From IMG/VR virus record IMGVR_UViG_3300045955_000368, positions 1-25,818 of that record: a stretch of 25,818 bases of DNA; one strand, written 5' to 3'. This DNA is from a virus (lineage: Duplodnaviria; Caudoviricetes). Numbering within the stretch: the stretch's first letter is position 1; every line of letters begins with the position of its first letter. Both the position numbers and the translations under genes were made by a program. This document shows, one piece after another, positions 1 to 6,981 of this stretch. Below the pieces are notes generated by a model, which worked only from the letters and a program-made list of their open reading frames with translations, had not been told where the DNA came from and searched no databases.

Positions 1-2
1 GG

Positions 3-1202
3 CTGTCGTGCTTCTACGCGCCATGGGGCTACAAGTTCGACCGCGCGCGGCTCGAGCAGAACCTCGCAGACGCGCGAGCGGCCGGCGCGGACTACATCCG
101 CGTGCTCGGGTCCGTGGGGCTGGGTGGTTGGACGGATCGACCAATCGACCCGACGTGGCCCGACTACGACGCGGTGATCGCGGGCCTCACCGATCTCGCG
201 TACGACACGTACGGGCTGCGCGTCCAGTGGACGATCTTCGGAGGCAGCGACTGGACGACGACACCCGAGAGCCGCGCGCAGCTGGTGGACCGCTTCGCGG
301 CGATGGCGCGCTGGCGCGAGCACAAGATCTTCGCGTTCGAGATCTCGAACGAAGGCCAGGCGTTCAACGGCGACCTGAACGAGATCCGCGCGCTCGGACG
401 CCGGCTGAAATCTCAGGTGCCCAACATCGTCGCGCTCACGACCTCCGACGGCGAGAACATGTGCGCGCTGTACGGCGACTCGGGGATCGACGCGGCGACG
501 ATGCACTATCAGCGGGATTTCGGCGGCGACGATGTCGTCCTGAACGGCGTCACGTACCACTTCCGCCCGGTGCGCCAGCCGTGGGGCTATCCGGGCGAGT
601 ACGACAAAAACTGCGGCGGCCGGATTCCGCTGCTCGTGTTCAACAACGAAGCGATCGGGATCCAGAGCAGCGGCAACATGGACGATCTGCCGCTCGACAT
701 CGCGGCCGCCTACATCACCACGTTCATCGCGAAGAACGGTGCGTACATCTTCCACACCGGCGCCGGGATTCGTGGCGGCGGCATCGAAGACATCACGCCT
801 GGAAAGCCGTACACGCCGCGGTCCGCTAACTTCCGTGATCAGCCGAATTGGTCAGCCTGCACGGTTGCACTGAAGAACGCGAAGGCGTTTCTTCCACCAG
901 GTCTGGCGAACTGGACGCGGAAGAACTCGCAATGGTCGGACTGCCCGTTCGTCAACTTCGACAAGGAAGACGACGCCGGCAAGCTGGTCCAGGCCTACCA
1001 CACGGTGGCCGGCCCAGACGTCTATTCGATCGTCATGGGGATTCGTCAGCCCGTGACCGCCTGGCCGCGCCAGGCGATGGCGCTCGACATCCTCGATGTG
1101 GAGACCTGCCAGCCGTTCCGGCATCTCGAACTCGGAGCCGGAGAGCTGTTCACGATCGAGTCGGACCGTGTCGCGGTGCTGCTGAAGGCGACGATGCGAT
1201 GA
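3..1202 (+). CDS. Clan GH-A (GH5-like) TIM-barrel glycoside hydrolase, 5'-truncated by the window
   Basis: Frame open from position 3 (LSCFYAPW..LADARAAGADYIRVLG). FAFEISNEG acid/base motif (Glu 351-353), TMHY, and VFNNEAIG candidate nucleophile (Glu 648-650). Confidence 0.7.
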   Translation: MSCFYAPWGYKFDRARLEQNLADARAAGADYIRVLGSVGLGGWTDRPIDPTWPDYDAVIAGLTDLAYDTYGLRVQWTIFGGSDWTTTPESRAQLVDRFAAMARWREHKIFAFEISNEGQAFNGDLNEIRALGRRLKSQVPNIVALTTSDGENMCALYGDSGIDAATMHYQRDFGGDDVVLNGVTYHFRPVRQPWGYPGEYDKNCGGRIPLLVFNNEAIGIQSSGNMDDLPLDIAAAYITTFIAKNGAYIFHTGAGIRGGGIEDITPGKPYTPRSANFRDQPNWSACTVALKNAKAFLPPGLANWTRKNSQWSDCPFVNFDKEDDAGKLVQAYHTVAGPDVYSIVMGIRQPVTAWPRQAMALDILDVETCQPFRHLELGAGELFTIESDRVAVLLKATMR

Positions 1203-1450
1203 CGCAGTGCGAGGAACAGCAAGCCGATCCGGTCGCGCCGACGCCAGCGCAGTCGAATGCTGGCGGCTGGGTGTTCCTCGGCGTGCTGCTCGCGGTGATC
1301 GTCTACGAGATCGTCGCGGTCAAAACAGGACGGCCGACCATTTCGCAGTGGACGAAACGGACGTTCGGTAGGCGGCGATGGTGGAGAGCGTTCGGCATGG
1401 GCGTGATCGGGCTCACGCTCTGGCATCTCTTTTTCGGCGGCCCGCTGTGA
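1199..1450 (+). CDS. Small two-TM membrane protein, holin/antiholin candidate
   Basis: ATG 1199 overlaps upstream TGA (ATGA); hydrophobic segments GWVFLGVLLAVIVYEIVAV and AFGMGVIGLTLWHLFF separated by a basic loop. Confidence 0.7.
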   Translation: MTQCEEQQADPVAPTPAQSNAGGWVFLGVLLAVIVYEIVAVKTGRPTISQWTKRTFGRRRWWRAFGMGVIGLTLWHLFFGGPL

Positions 1451-1466
1451 ACGAAAGGACAGGCAG

Positions 1467-2114
1467 ATGAAGCGACTACTCAATGAGCCGGTGGCGGTGG
1501 GTGCCGTCGTCCGGCTGGGGATTCTGGCCGCGATGGCCTTCGGGCTGAAGTGGACACCCGAACAGCTCGCCGCGGTGATGGCGTTCGTCGAGGCGGTGCT
1601 GCTGCTGGTGACGCGCACCGTCGTCACGCCGAACCACATCGCGGAGGCGCGTGTCGCGGCTGGCGGATCGCCCACGAAGCCGCTGAGCGAAGCCAACGGT
1701 GTGTCCGAGCGCACTCGGAGCACTCTGCCGATCGTGCTGCTCGCCGTGGCGCTCAGCGTCTCGGCCTGTGCGTCGTCTCGGCATCGCGTCACCGTGACCG
1801 TGGTGAGCGCACACGCGGTGCTCTCAGCCGTGCAGGATACGGAAATGCTGCTCGTCTGCGAACGGCCGACGGCTCCATCCCCGCCAGCCTGTGTGCCGGA
1901 GCCTGTTCACCGGGACATCTCGCTCAAGCTCGCCAAGGCGTTCGACACGGAGATCAAGGTCGCGAAGCTCGCGCGCGCGACACCGGCCGCGCTGTCATCG
2001 GACGTGCCCGAACTGCTCGGCCAGATCGGGGCGCTGGTCGATGCGATCGTCGCGCTGATTCCTGAATCGGCACAGCGGCGCGCGCTCGTCGCCAACATCG
2101 GAGGTGCCAAGTGA
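1467..2114 (+). CDS. Holin-like N-terminal domain fused to a lipoprotein-like domain
   Basis: AAAGGA RBS; EPVAVGAVV..AFGL.WT.EQLAA..R.VVTP two-TM holin-like pattern; internal hydrophobic segment ending in lipobox VSAC (1758-1769). Confidence 0.65.
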   Translation: MKRLLNEPVAVGAVVRLGILAAMAFGLKWTPEQLAAVMAFVEAVLLLVTRTVVTPNHIAEARVAAGGSPTKPLSEANGVSERTRSTLPIVLLAVALSVSACASSRHRVTVTVVSAHAVLSAVQDTEMLLVCERPTAPSPPACVPEPVHRDISLKLAKAFDTEIKVAKLARATPAALSSDVPELLGQIGALVDAIVALIPESAQRRALVANIGGAK

Positions 2115-2299
2115 TCGCCGCCATCCTGCAGTGGATCGCCCTGTTCGACAAGATCAAGGCGAACGCGAAGGTCTTCGATCAGATCAAGGGCGTGCTCGCG
2201 GCCAACAACATCGAAGCCGACACGGCGGCGCTGGACGAGGTGATCGCGGATGCGACCAGGCGGAAGGCGCTGGCTGAGCGCGAAGCCGCCGGCGGCTGA
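2111..2299 (+). CDS. Small helical hypothetical protein in lysis cluster
   Basis: GGAGG RBS, GTGA overlap with previous stop, GC3-rich codons. Confidence 0.75.
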   Translation: MIAAILQWIALFDKIKANAKVFDQIKGVLAANNIEADTAALDEVIADATRRKALAEREAAGG

Positions 2300-2485
2300 A
2301 TGCGCGACTGTCCGCGCCGTGATTGCCAAGCCTCCCGATCCGTCGACGAGGAGGACTTCTGCAACGCGTGCGCGCGGATGGTGCCCAAGGTTGACGATCG
2401 ACCGGCGCCCCGCTGGGAACGCAAGCCTGCCCCGGGCTGCGAGGGACGGCCGGTCGACGTCACGCGCCGTCGTCAGGATCCCTGA
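2300..2485 (+). CDS. Small Cys-rich hypothetical protein
   Basis: ATG directly after previous stop; CxxxxC and CxxC motifs. Confidence 0.45.
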   Translation: MRDCPRRDCQASRSVDEEDFCNACARMVPKVDDRPAPRWERKPAPGCEGRPVDVTRRRQDP

Positions 2486-2627
2486 GCGTGCTCAACGTCT
2501 GCCCGACGGCCTCCATCGCACAGCCGAGGATGTCGATGATTTCCTGACGGACGCGCTCAGGGATCCGGTCGTCTTTCAACCGCGTGAGGAGGGCGTCGAG
2601 TTCCCGCTGCAGATCGTCGGCTGTCAC
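2460..2627 (-). CDS. Small helical hypothetical protein (MTADDLQRELDALL...)
   Basis: GTG 2627 overlaps the stop of 2624-3100 (GTGA); amphipathic helical sequence. Confidence 0.6.
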   Translation of the reverse strand: MTADDLQRELDALLTRLKDDRIPERVRQEIIDILGCAMEAVGQTLSTLRDPDDGA

Positions 2628-3100
2628 TGCAACGTGAACGCGCCGCGAACCTGCCGCAGCATGTGCTTTTTCCCGCGGTCGTCGGTGACCTCGAGGTCGA
2701 GCGAATACGATCCGCCTGGCCACGGCCCGAGATCGATCGTCAGCTCATAGCCGATATTCGTTGGGATCGTCGCGCACTTCGCCGCCATCGCGGTGACGAT
2801 GTCCGGGCGCGGCTTGTTGCTCGCCAACGCGTTCCCGGCGACGGTCGCGAGATTCGCGACCTGGTAGGCGAGGCCGGCGACCGAGGGCCGCACGGACGTG
2901 ATCGACCCGCCGCAGCGGAAGGCCCAGAACCGGAACACGCGCGGCGCGCGCGCGATCGCGCCGACCGGTTGCTCGACCCACATCCAGACATCGCCGGTCG
3001 GCGGGTTCGCAGGTTCGGTGGGCAGGTTTGGCGGCGTCTGCGCGGCCGCAGAGAGAGACGAGCAGAGCCACGCGGCGAGAGCGAATGTCGCGAAGCGCAT
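2624..3100 (-). CDS. Secreted protein with probable beta-sandwich (Ig-like) domain, moron-type gene
   Basis: Sec signal peptide MRFATFALAAWLCSSLSAAA, Pro-rich linker, beta-rich region with RPDI..GYELTIDL..GSYSL; AAAGGA RBS. Confidence 0.75.
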   Translation of the reverse strand: MRFATFALAAWLCSSLSAAAQTPPNLPTEPANPPTGDVWMWVEQPVGAIARAPRVFRFWAFRCGGSITSVRPSVAGLAYQVANLATVAGNALASNKPRPDIVTAMAAKCATIPTNIGYELTIDLGPWPGGSYSLDLEVTDDRGKKHMLRQVRGAFTLQ

Positions 3101-3138
3101 ACAGCGGTCGTTCCTTTCAGTTGTCGGGGGCCGCGATC

Positions 3139-3167
3139 AGTATATCGGCACCAGCGGTGATTGTCTG
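3139..3167 (-). promoter_or_regulatory. Putative sigma70 promoter for the secreted protein
   Basis: Minus strand CAGACA (3167-3162), 17 bp, TATACT (3144-3139). Confidence 0.5.
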
Positions 3168-3177
3168 TAGGCTTCGG

Positions 3178-3759
3178 TTACGTGGGCTGTTTCCGCACAC
3201 AATCGCTCTCTTGAATCCGGCCGGCCTGTACGTCCTGCACGAAGGCGACTAGGCGGACGTCGAGGGCGAACCACTCCCCCCGCTTACGACGGTCCAAGAA
3301 CCGCCGATGGAGGGCGCCTTCGACCGCGTGTGGCGTCAGGCAGAGAATCGCCCCGACGAGTCGCAGATCTTCGGGGTGCGAGGTCTGTAGATCAGCCATG
3401 CGCTCGAACGGGTTACGAGCCACCCCGATCTTGAGGTACGGGCCGGCCTGGATGAAATAGACGAACGCCTGAGGGTGGGTCCCAATAGGCGGCAACGTCT
3501 GAACTGCTGTCAGCAGGTTGCGGCCGTAGTAGGCGGCGGTGTCTTCATCAAAGCGGCCATCATCAAGGAGTTGGCCGCGGGCGATCTGTCGCCACCGCTC
3601 GATGTCGCGCAGCGGCGTCTCGACGGCGAAGGAACGCAATGCCGTTCGGCCCGCGACCTTGACGCGCGCCTGAAGACTCTTCCCGTGTAGCCTGATCCCT
3701 TGCGCGACGGTGTGGCCACGCCGCGTTCCATTCGTCTGGGTACAATCGTTGTCAGCCAT
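3178..3759 (-). CDS. Integrase-N-terminus-like domain fused to a GIY-YIG (T5orf172/MUG113-like) domain
   Basis: AGGAG RBS before ATG 3759; VYFIQAG.YLKIG.A.NP..R...LQT..P..L ... E..LH..F...R.RGEWF motifs; N-terminus aligns with the adjacent integrase. Confidence 0.85.
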   Translation of the reverse strand: MADNDCTQTNGTRRGHTVAQGIRLHGKSLQARVKVAGRTALRSFAVETPLRDIERWRQIARGQLLDDGRFDEDTAAYYGRNLLTAVQTLPPIGTHPQAFVYFIQAGPYLKIGVARNPFERMADLQTSHPEDLRLVGAILCLTPHAVEGALHRRFLDRRKRGEWFALDVRLVAFVQDVQAGRIQESDCVRKQPT

Positions 3760-3798
3760 GTCGTCGCCGCTCCTGTCGGCGCGCGTGGTTAGGGGTGC

Positions 3799-3823
3799 GC
3801 TGCAGCGAGACCAACGCTGCAGC
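3799..3823. repeat. Perfect 9-bp inverted repeat in the leader of the GIY-YIG gene
   Basis: GCTGCAGCG-AGACCAA-CGCTGCAGC. Confidence 0.7.
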
Positions 3824-3830
3824 CGCTCCG

Positions 3831-3839
3831 AGTGTAGCA
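3831..3839 (-). promoter_or_regulatory. Putative extended -10 promoter for the GIY-YIG fusion gene
   Basis: Minus strand TGcTACACT, about 70 nt upstream of ATG 3759. Confidence 0.5.
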
Positions 3840-3913
3840 TCCAAGGTGGCCACGATGGCCACGGAAAGACACAAGTCATTATTTTACAGTATGTAGAAGC
3901 CAGGAGAATCGGC

Positions 3914-3958
3914 TTCACACGGCGGGGGTCAGTGGTTCGAATCCACTAGCGCCCACCA
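3914..3958 (+). other. att core (attP): 3' half of tRNA-Val(CAC)
   Basis: Anticodon loop TTCACAC, 3' stem GGCGG, variable loop GGGTC, T-arm AGTGG-TTCGAAT-CCACT, acceptor AGCGCCC, A, CCA. No matching 5' acceptor strand or D-arm upstream; 10 bp from the integrase stop. Confidence 0.93.
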
Positions 3959-3962
3959 ATTC

Positions 3963-3975
3963 TGTCAATCACTTA
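3963..3975 (+). promoter_or_regulatory. Putative IHF-type binding site in att arm
   Basis: TGTCAA-TCAC-TTA, one mismatch to WATCAANNNNTTR; a second, two-mismatch site on the minus strand at 3872-3884. Confidence 0.4.
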
Positions 3976-5204
3976 CGGCGTTTCTCCTCTGGCGCGTGCG
4001 GTTCTACGGCTGCGCGTAACTCTCGTGATTTCCCAAGATTTCTCATCGTCTCCGATTTCATGGTGGCCACCGCGGTGGCCAGCCGGTCGCGGACGCGGTC
4101 GATCGCCGCCTGGACGTGTGGCGCGACCGCGGCGATCGTGTACCGCTTCGTCGTGCGCTCGGCCCGGTGCCCGCCGAGCTGCGCCGTCACACGGAGATCC
4201 TTCGTCTCGTCGTAGACCGCGGTCAGCATCGAGTGCCGGAAGTCGTACGGCCGCAGGCCGGTGATCTTCAGCGTCTTGCACGCGCGCTGGAACGCCTTCC
4301 ACATCGACGAGTTCGAGAACGGCCCCCAACAGTCGAGCCGATCGAACTCCCGGAACGCCGCGGCCGCCTGGGGCAGCAGCGGCAGCAGCTGCGGGAGCGG
4401 CTTGTCGCTCGCGCGCCGGTGCTTCTTCCCCTTGCGGCGCGCCGGGACGAGCATGGTGCCGCCCGTCTCGCGTCCGTCGGGATCCTGCGGAAAGAGCGTC
4501 ACCGCGTTGCGCGTCAGCTTCTTCAGCGTCGCGTGCGGCAGGCCGGTGTAGGCGATGACGCGCAGCCGCGCCTTCGTCTTCGACGGCCGCGCGATCTTCT
4601 TCCCGGTCGTGCGCGTCCCGTCCTTCCGCACGCCGATCGCCGTGTCGGGGATCGCCTCGAGGATCGTTTCGATCAACTCGTAGGGCAGGCCGCGCGCCTC
4701 CGGGTCCGGTTCCTCGACCTCGGCGACCTCGAGCACCGGGTTCGGCGCGTGGCGGCCGTCCAGCTTCGTCCAGACGTTCGACAGCGCGCGCAGCCGTTTG
4801 TTGACCGACGCCGGCGCGTAACCGTCGACCAGCAGCGCGTCCCGGTGCGCCGCGATCGCGTCGGGGCCGATCTTCCGCCGACGGCGCGCGCCGAAGACCG
4901 TGACCCATTCCGCGATGTGCGCCTCGCGTTCCTTGAAGGTCGGCAGCTTCTGGATGTCGGCGCGCGCGAGGTACTTCCTGGCGTCGGCCGCGAAGGTGCC
5001 GGCGGCGATCGCCGGCAGCGTGGTCCGCAGGCGCGCCCGCTCGTCCTTCTGCCACTCGAGCATCTCGGACAGCGGCGTCGCGAGCGGCCACGAGGCGTGC
5101 GCGGACTCGCCGCGGACTTTCACGCGTGTCTGCCAGCCCGAGCCGTGGCGACGAATCCCGGGCGCTGGTGAGTCAGGATCCCGACCGAGTCGGGTCATCA
5201 GCAT
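3969..5204 (-). CDS. int: Tyrosine recombinase (phage integrase)
   Basis: AAGGAG RBS; SAM-like core (APASVNKRLRALS), box I IAYTGL, box II YDFRHS..LGGH..TTKRY; adjacent to att core. Confidence 0.93.
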   Translation of the reverse strand: MLMTRLGRDPDSPAPGIRRHGSGWQTRVKVRGESAHASWPLATPLSEMLEWQKDERARLRTTLPAIAAGTFAADARKYLARADIQKLPTFKEREAHIAEWVTVFGARRRRKIGPDAIAAHRDALLVDGYAPASVNKRLRALSNVWTKLDGRHAPNPVLEVAEVEEPDPEARGLPYELIETILEAIPDTAIGVRKDGTRTTGKKIARPSKTKARLRVIAYTGLPHATLKKLTRNAVTLFPQDPDGRETGGTMLVPARRKGKKHRRASDKPLPQLLPLLPQAAAAFREFDRLDCWGPFSNSSMWKAFQRACKTLKITGLRPYDFRHSMLTAVYDETKDLRVTAQLGGHRAERTTKRYTIAAVAPHVQAAIDRVRDRLATAVATMKSETMRNLGKSRELRAAVEPHAPEEKRRK

Positions 5205-5352
5205 CGGGGGTCTCCTTCGCGGGCGTGACCTTCACGTCGATGTCGATCCGGAGCCCGCCGGGCGCGTCGAGCCACGCCGTGTCGGGCGTCTTCGCCGGCG
5301 CCGCCGTCCGTCGTGGCTCCGTGAAGCGCAGGATGCGGCGCCCGTCTGTCAC
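5173..5352 (-). CDS. Small hypothetical protein
   Basis: GTG 5352 overlaps the upstream stop (GTGA); fills the gap before int. Confidence 0.5.
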   Translation of the reverse strand: MTDGRRILRFTEPRRTAAPAKTPDTAWLDAPGGLRIDIDVKVTPAKETPDADDPTRSGS

Positions 5353-5870
5353 GAGAGCCACCAGGTCGCGACGCCGGCGAGCGCGATGAGCACGACGACG
5401 ATCGTGAGCGGGATCGCGAGGCTCGGCGCCCGCAGCACTGGCGGCGCCGGCGTCACGGTCTTCACGACGCGATAGCCGAAGCGCGTCTGGAGGACCTCGA
5501 GGAGCGCGGCGCGCGCGTCACGCACCGCCGGCGGCAGCTCGTGATCCGAGAGGCCGAGGATCCGCTGCTGGTCGAGCGCGACCAGGATCCGTTCGGCCGT
5601 GACCGTGCCCGTCGTGCAGGCGAGATAGGCTTCGGCGAGCGCGCGCACCTTCGCGTCAGTCTCGGCCTGCGGCTGTCGCAGCAGCGCGTCCAGGCGTTCC
5701 GTGTAGAAGAGGCCGGTGCCAGGGATTCCGACGGTGACGCGCGCGCCAGAGGTGCCGTGGGTGATGCGGAAGCCCGGGACGCCCACCGAGGCGGAGACGC
5801 CGCCCTTCGACAGGTTCAGCGTGACGAAGCGGCCGACGATCGGGAGGCGGCGGAAGAAGCGTAGCGGCAT
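5349..5870 (-). CDS. DUF4236-type protein with C-terminal TM helix
   Basis: RFFRR..LNLSKGGVSASVG.PG.R......R.TVGIPGTGLFY signature; TGATG overlap at 5870; C-terminal TIVVVLIALAGVATWW. Confidence 0.85.
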   Translation of the reverse strand: MPLRFFRRLPIVGRFVTLNLSKGGVSASVGVPGFRITHGTSGARVTVGIPGTGLFYTERLDALLRQPQAETDAKVRALAEAYLACTTGTVTAERILVALDQQRILGLSDHELPPAVRDARAALLEVLQTRFGYRVVKTVTPAPPVLRAPSLAIPLTIVVVLIALAGVATWWLS

Positions 5871-6196
5871 CAGCTTTTCCGCGTGCGCCGGCGCCGCCTG
5901 GCCTCGGCCGCCATCTGACGCCCCATGTGGAAGGACCAATCCCGACACCATTGCTTGTCAGGCTCCTGCGACTGCGAGGCGAGGAGCCCCATCAGCGACG
6001 TCGCCGTGAAGTACTCGTCGAGCGTCAGGTCGAGCGTCGCCGGCACGGCGGGTGTGCGGGGATTGCGCCAGCCGCCAAATTTCAGGGGCCAGCCCTTCCA
6101 GCCCGGCGTCGGTCGCTTCCGACTACCGATGGGCGCGCCAGCCCCAGAGCGGACGGGGCGACGCTTCTTGACGCGCGACGGCGATCGGCGTTTCAT
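5870..6196 (-). CDS. Conserved phage hypothetical protein
   Basis: ATGA overlap with repressor stop; LTLDEYFTATSLMGLLA resembles the common phage TLRDYFAA.AMQGLLA motif. Confidence 0.65.
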   Translation of the reverse strand: MKRRSPSRVKKRRPVRSGAGAPIGSRKRPTPGWKGWPLKFGGWRNPRTPAVPATLDLTLDEYFTATSLMGLLASQSQEPDKQWCRDWSFHMGRQMAAEARRRRRTRKS

Positions 6197-6846
6197 GCGC
6201 GCCGCCCGCCCCGCCGCTTAGCGCGTCCAGAATCGCTTCGAGCAGCAGGGGATCGCTTTGTTCGTAGCGGTGGAGTAACCGCACGATCGCGCAGAGCGTC
6301 GGCGACCGCTTGCGCAGCGGCGAAGAGTTGCGCGATGAGCCGCGTTTCGTAGGCGGCGCGGACGTCGGCACGGAACGACGCGCTGCGCGCCGCGAGGGCG
6401 GTGGAGTCTGGACGAGAGTCAGGTGAGGCCGACGCCGACGAGTCTGCATACGCCGATCCTTCCCCAGGGTGCTGGTTGTCCGGAAGAGGATGATGTAACA
6501 CAGATTCGACGGATTTGGCCCCCGATTCAGTCTGGTGCTCGTACGAAATTTTGACAGGTCCTGCGCTGTGAGTAGGCGTCAGTCCTACAGGCGCCCGGTT
6601 CTGTAACTGCGCATCGTAGTCGGCGCTGAGCCCCTCCAAGAGGTCGTCCAGCGAGCAGCCGATCGCCGACGCGATGCGCAGCATCGTCTTCACGTCGGGC
6701 GTCCCGTAGCGATCGTTTTCCCAATCAGAGAGTTGGGGCTGCGGGACGCCGAGGCGCTTGGCCAGTTCCGCCTGGGTCTTGATGCCGGCGCGCAGGCGCG
6801 CGCCGCGGATGTTCGCGCCGACCGAGCGCGTGGGGCCACCTTCCAC
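6193..6846 (-). CDS. cI: XRE-family HTH immunity repressor (cI-like), probably leaderless GTG start
   Basis: VGANIRGAR..TQAELAKRLGVPQPQLSDWEN..P....L.IA..IG.SLDDLL; divergent from cro; GTG 6846 lies 6 nt past a -10 box. Confidence 0.85.
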   Translation of the reverse strand: MEGGPTRSVGANIRGARLRAGIKTQAELAKRLGVPQPQLSDWENDRYGTPDVKTMLRIASAIGCSLDDLLEGLSADYDAQLQNRAPVGLTPTHSAGPVKISYEHQTESGAKSVESVLHHPLPDNQHPGEGSAYADSSASASPDSRPDSTALAARSASFRADVRAAYETRLIAQLFAAAQAVADALRDRAVTPPLRTKRSPAARSDSGRAKRRGGRRA

Positions 6847-6852
6847 GGCCTC

Positions 6853-6881
6853 AGCATAGTCGTCCGCCGCGCATCGCGCAA
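6853..6881 (-). promoter_or_regulatory. PRM-like repressor promoter
   Basis: Minus strand TTGCGC (6881-6876), 17 bp, TATGCT (6858-6853). Confidence 0.7.
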
Positions 6882-6968
6882 TCACGTAAGTATCTGGCTG
6901 GGCTAGACTTAGCGACTGCACGATATTTCTCCGGAACTACGGGTTGACACGCATCGTTGTATCACGTA
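6870..6968. repeat. Two candidate operators CGCATCG-N4-ATCACGTA
   Basis: Direct repeats at 6870-6888 and 6950-6968, 15 of 19 bases identical, each overlapping one divergent promoter. Confidence 0.7.
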
Positions 6969-6972
6969 TAAA
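6944..6972 (+). promoter_or_regulatory. PR-like early lytic promoter
   Basis: TTGACA (6944-6949), 17 bp, TATAAA (6967-6972). Confidence 0.85.
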
Positions 6973-6981
6973 GAGTCCACG

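Larger units (their letters stand above)
3712..4082. repeat. Putative integrase arm-type sites, RTGGCCA(C) x5, around the att core
   Basis: GTGGCCACG 3712-3720, GTGGCCACG 3846-3854, ATGGCCACG 3855-3863, GTGGCCAC 4063-4070, GTGGCCAG 4075-4082. Confidence 0.6.

Noticed and set aside
3760-3918. N-terminal extension of the GIY-YIG ORF from 3918
   Set aside because: Runs through att arm, promoter and hairpin; a good AGGAG RBS supports ATG 3759
3880-3958. Complete tRNA-Val gene
   Set aside because: No GGGCGCT 5' acceptor strand or D-arm upstream and the 5' anticodon stem has a mismatch; it is an att core fragment
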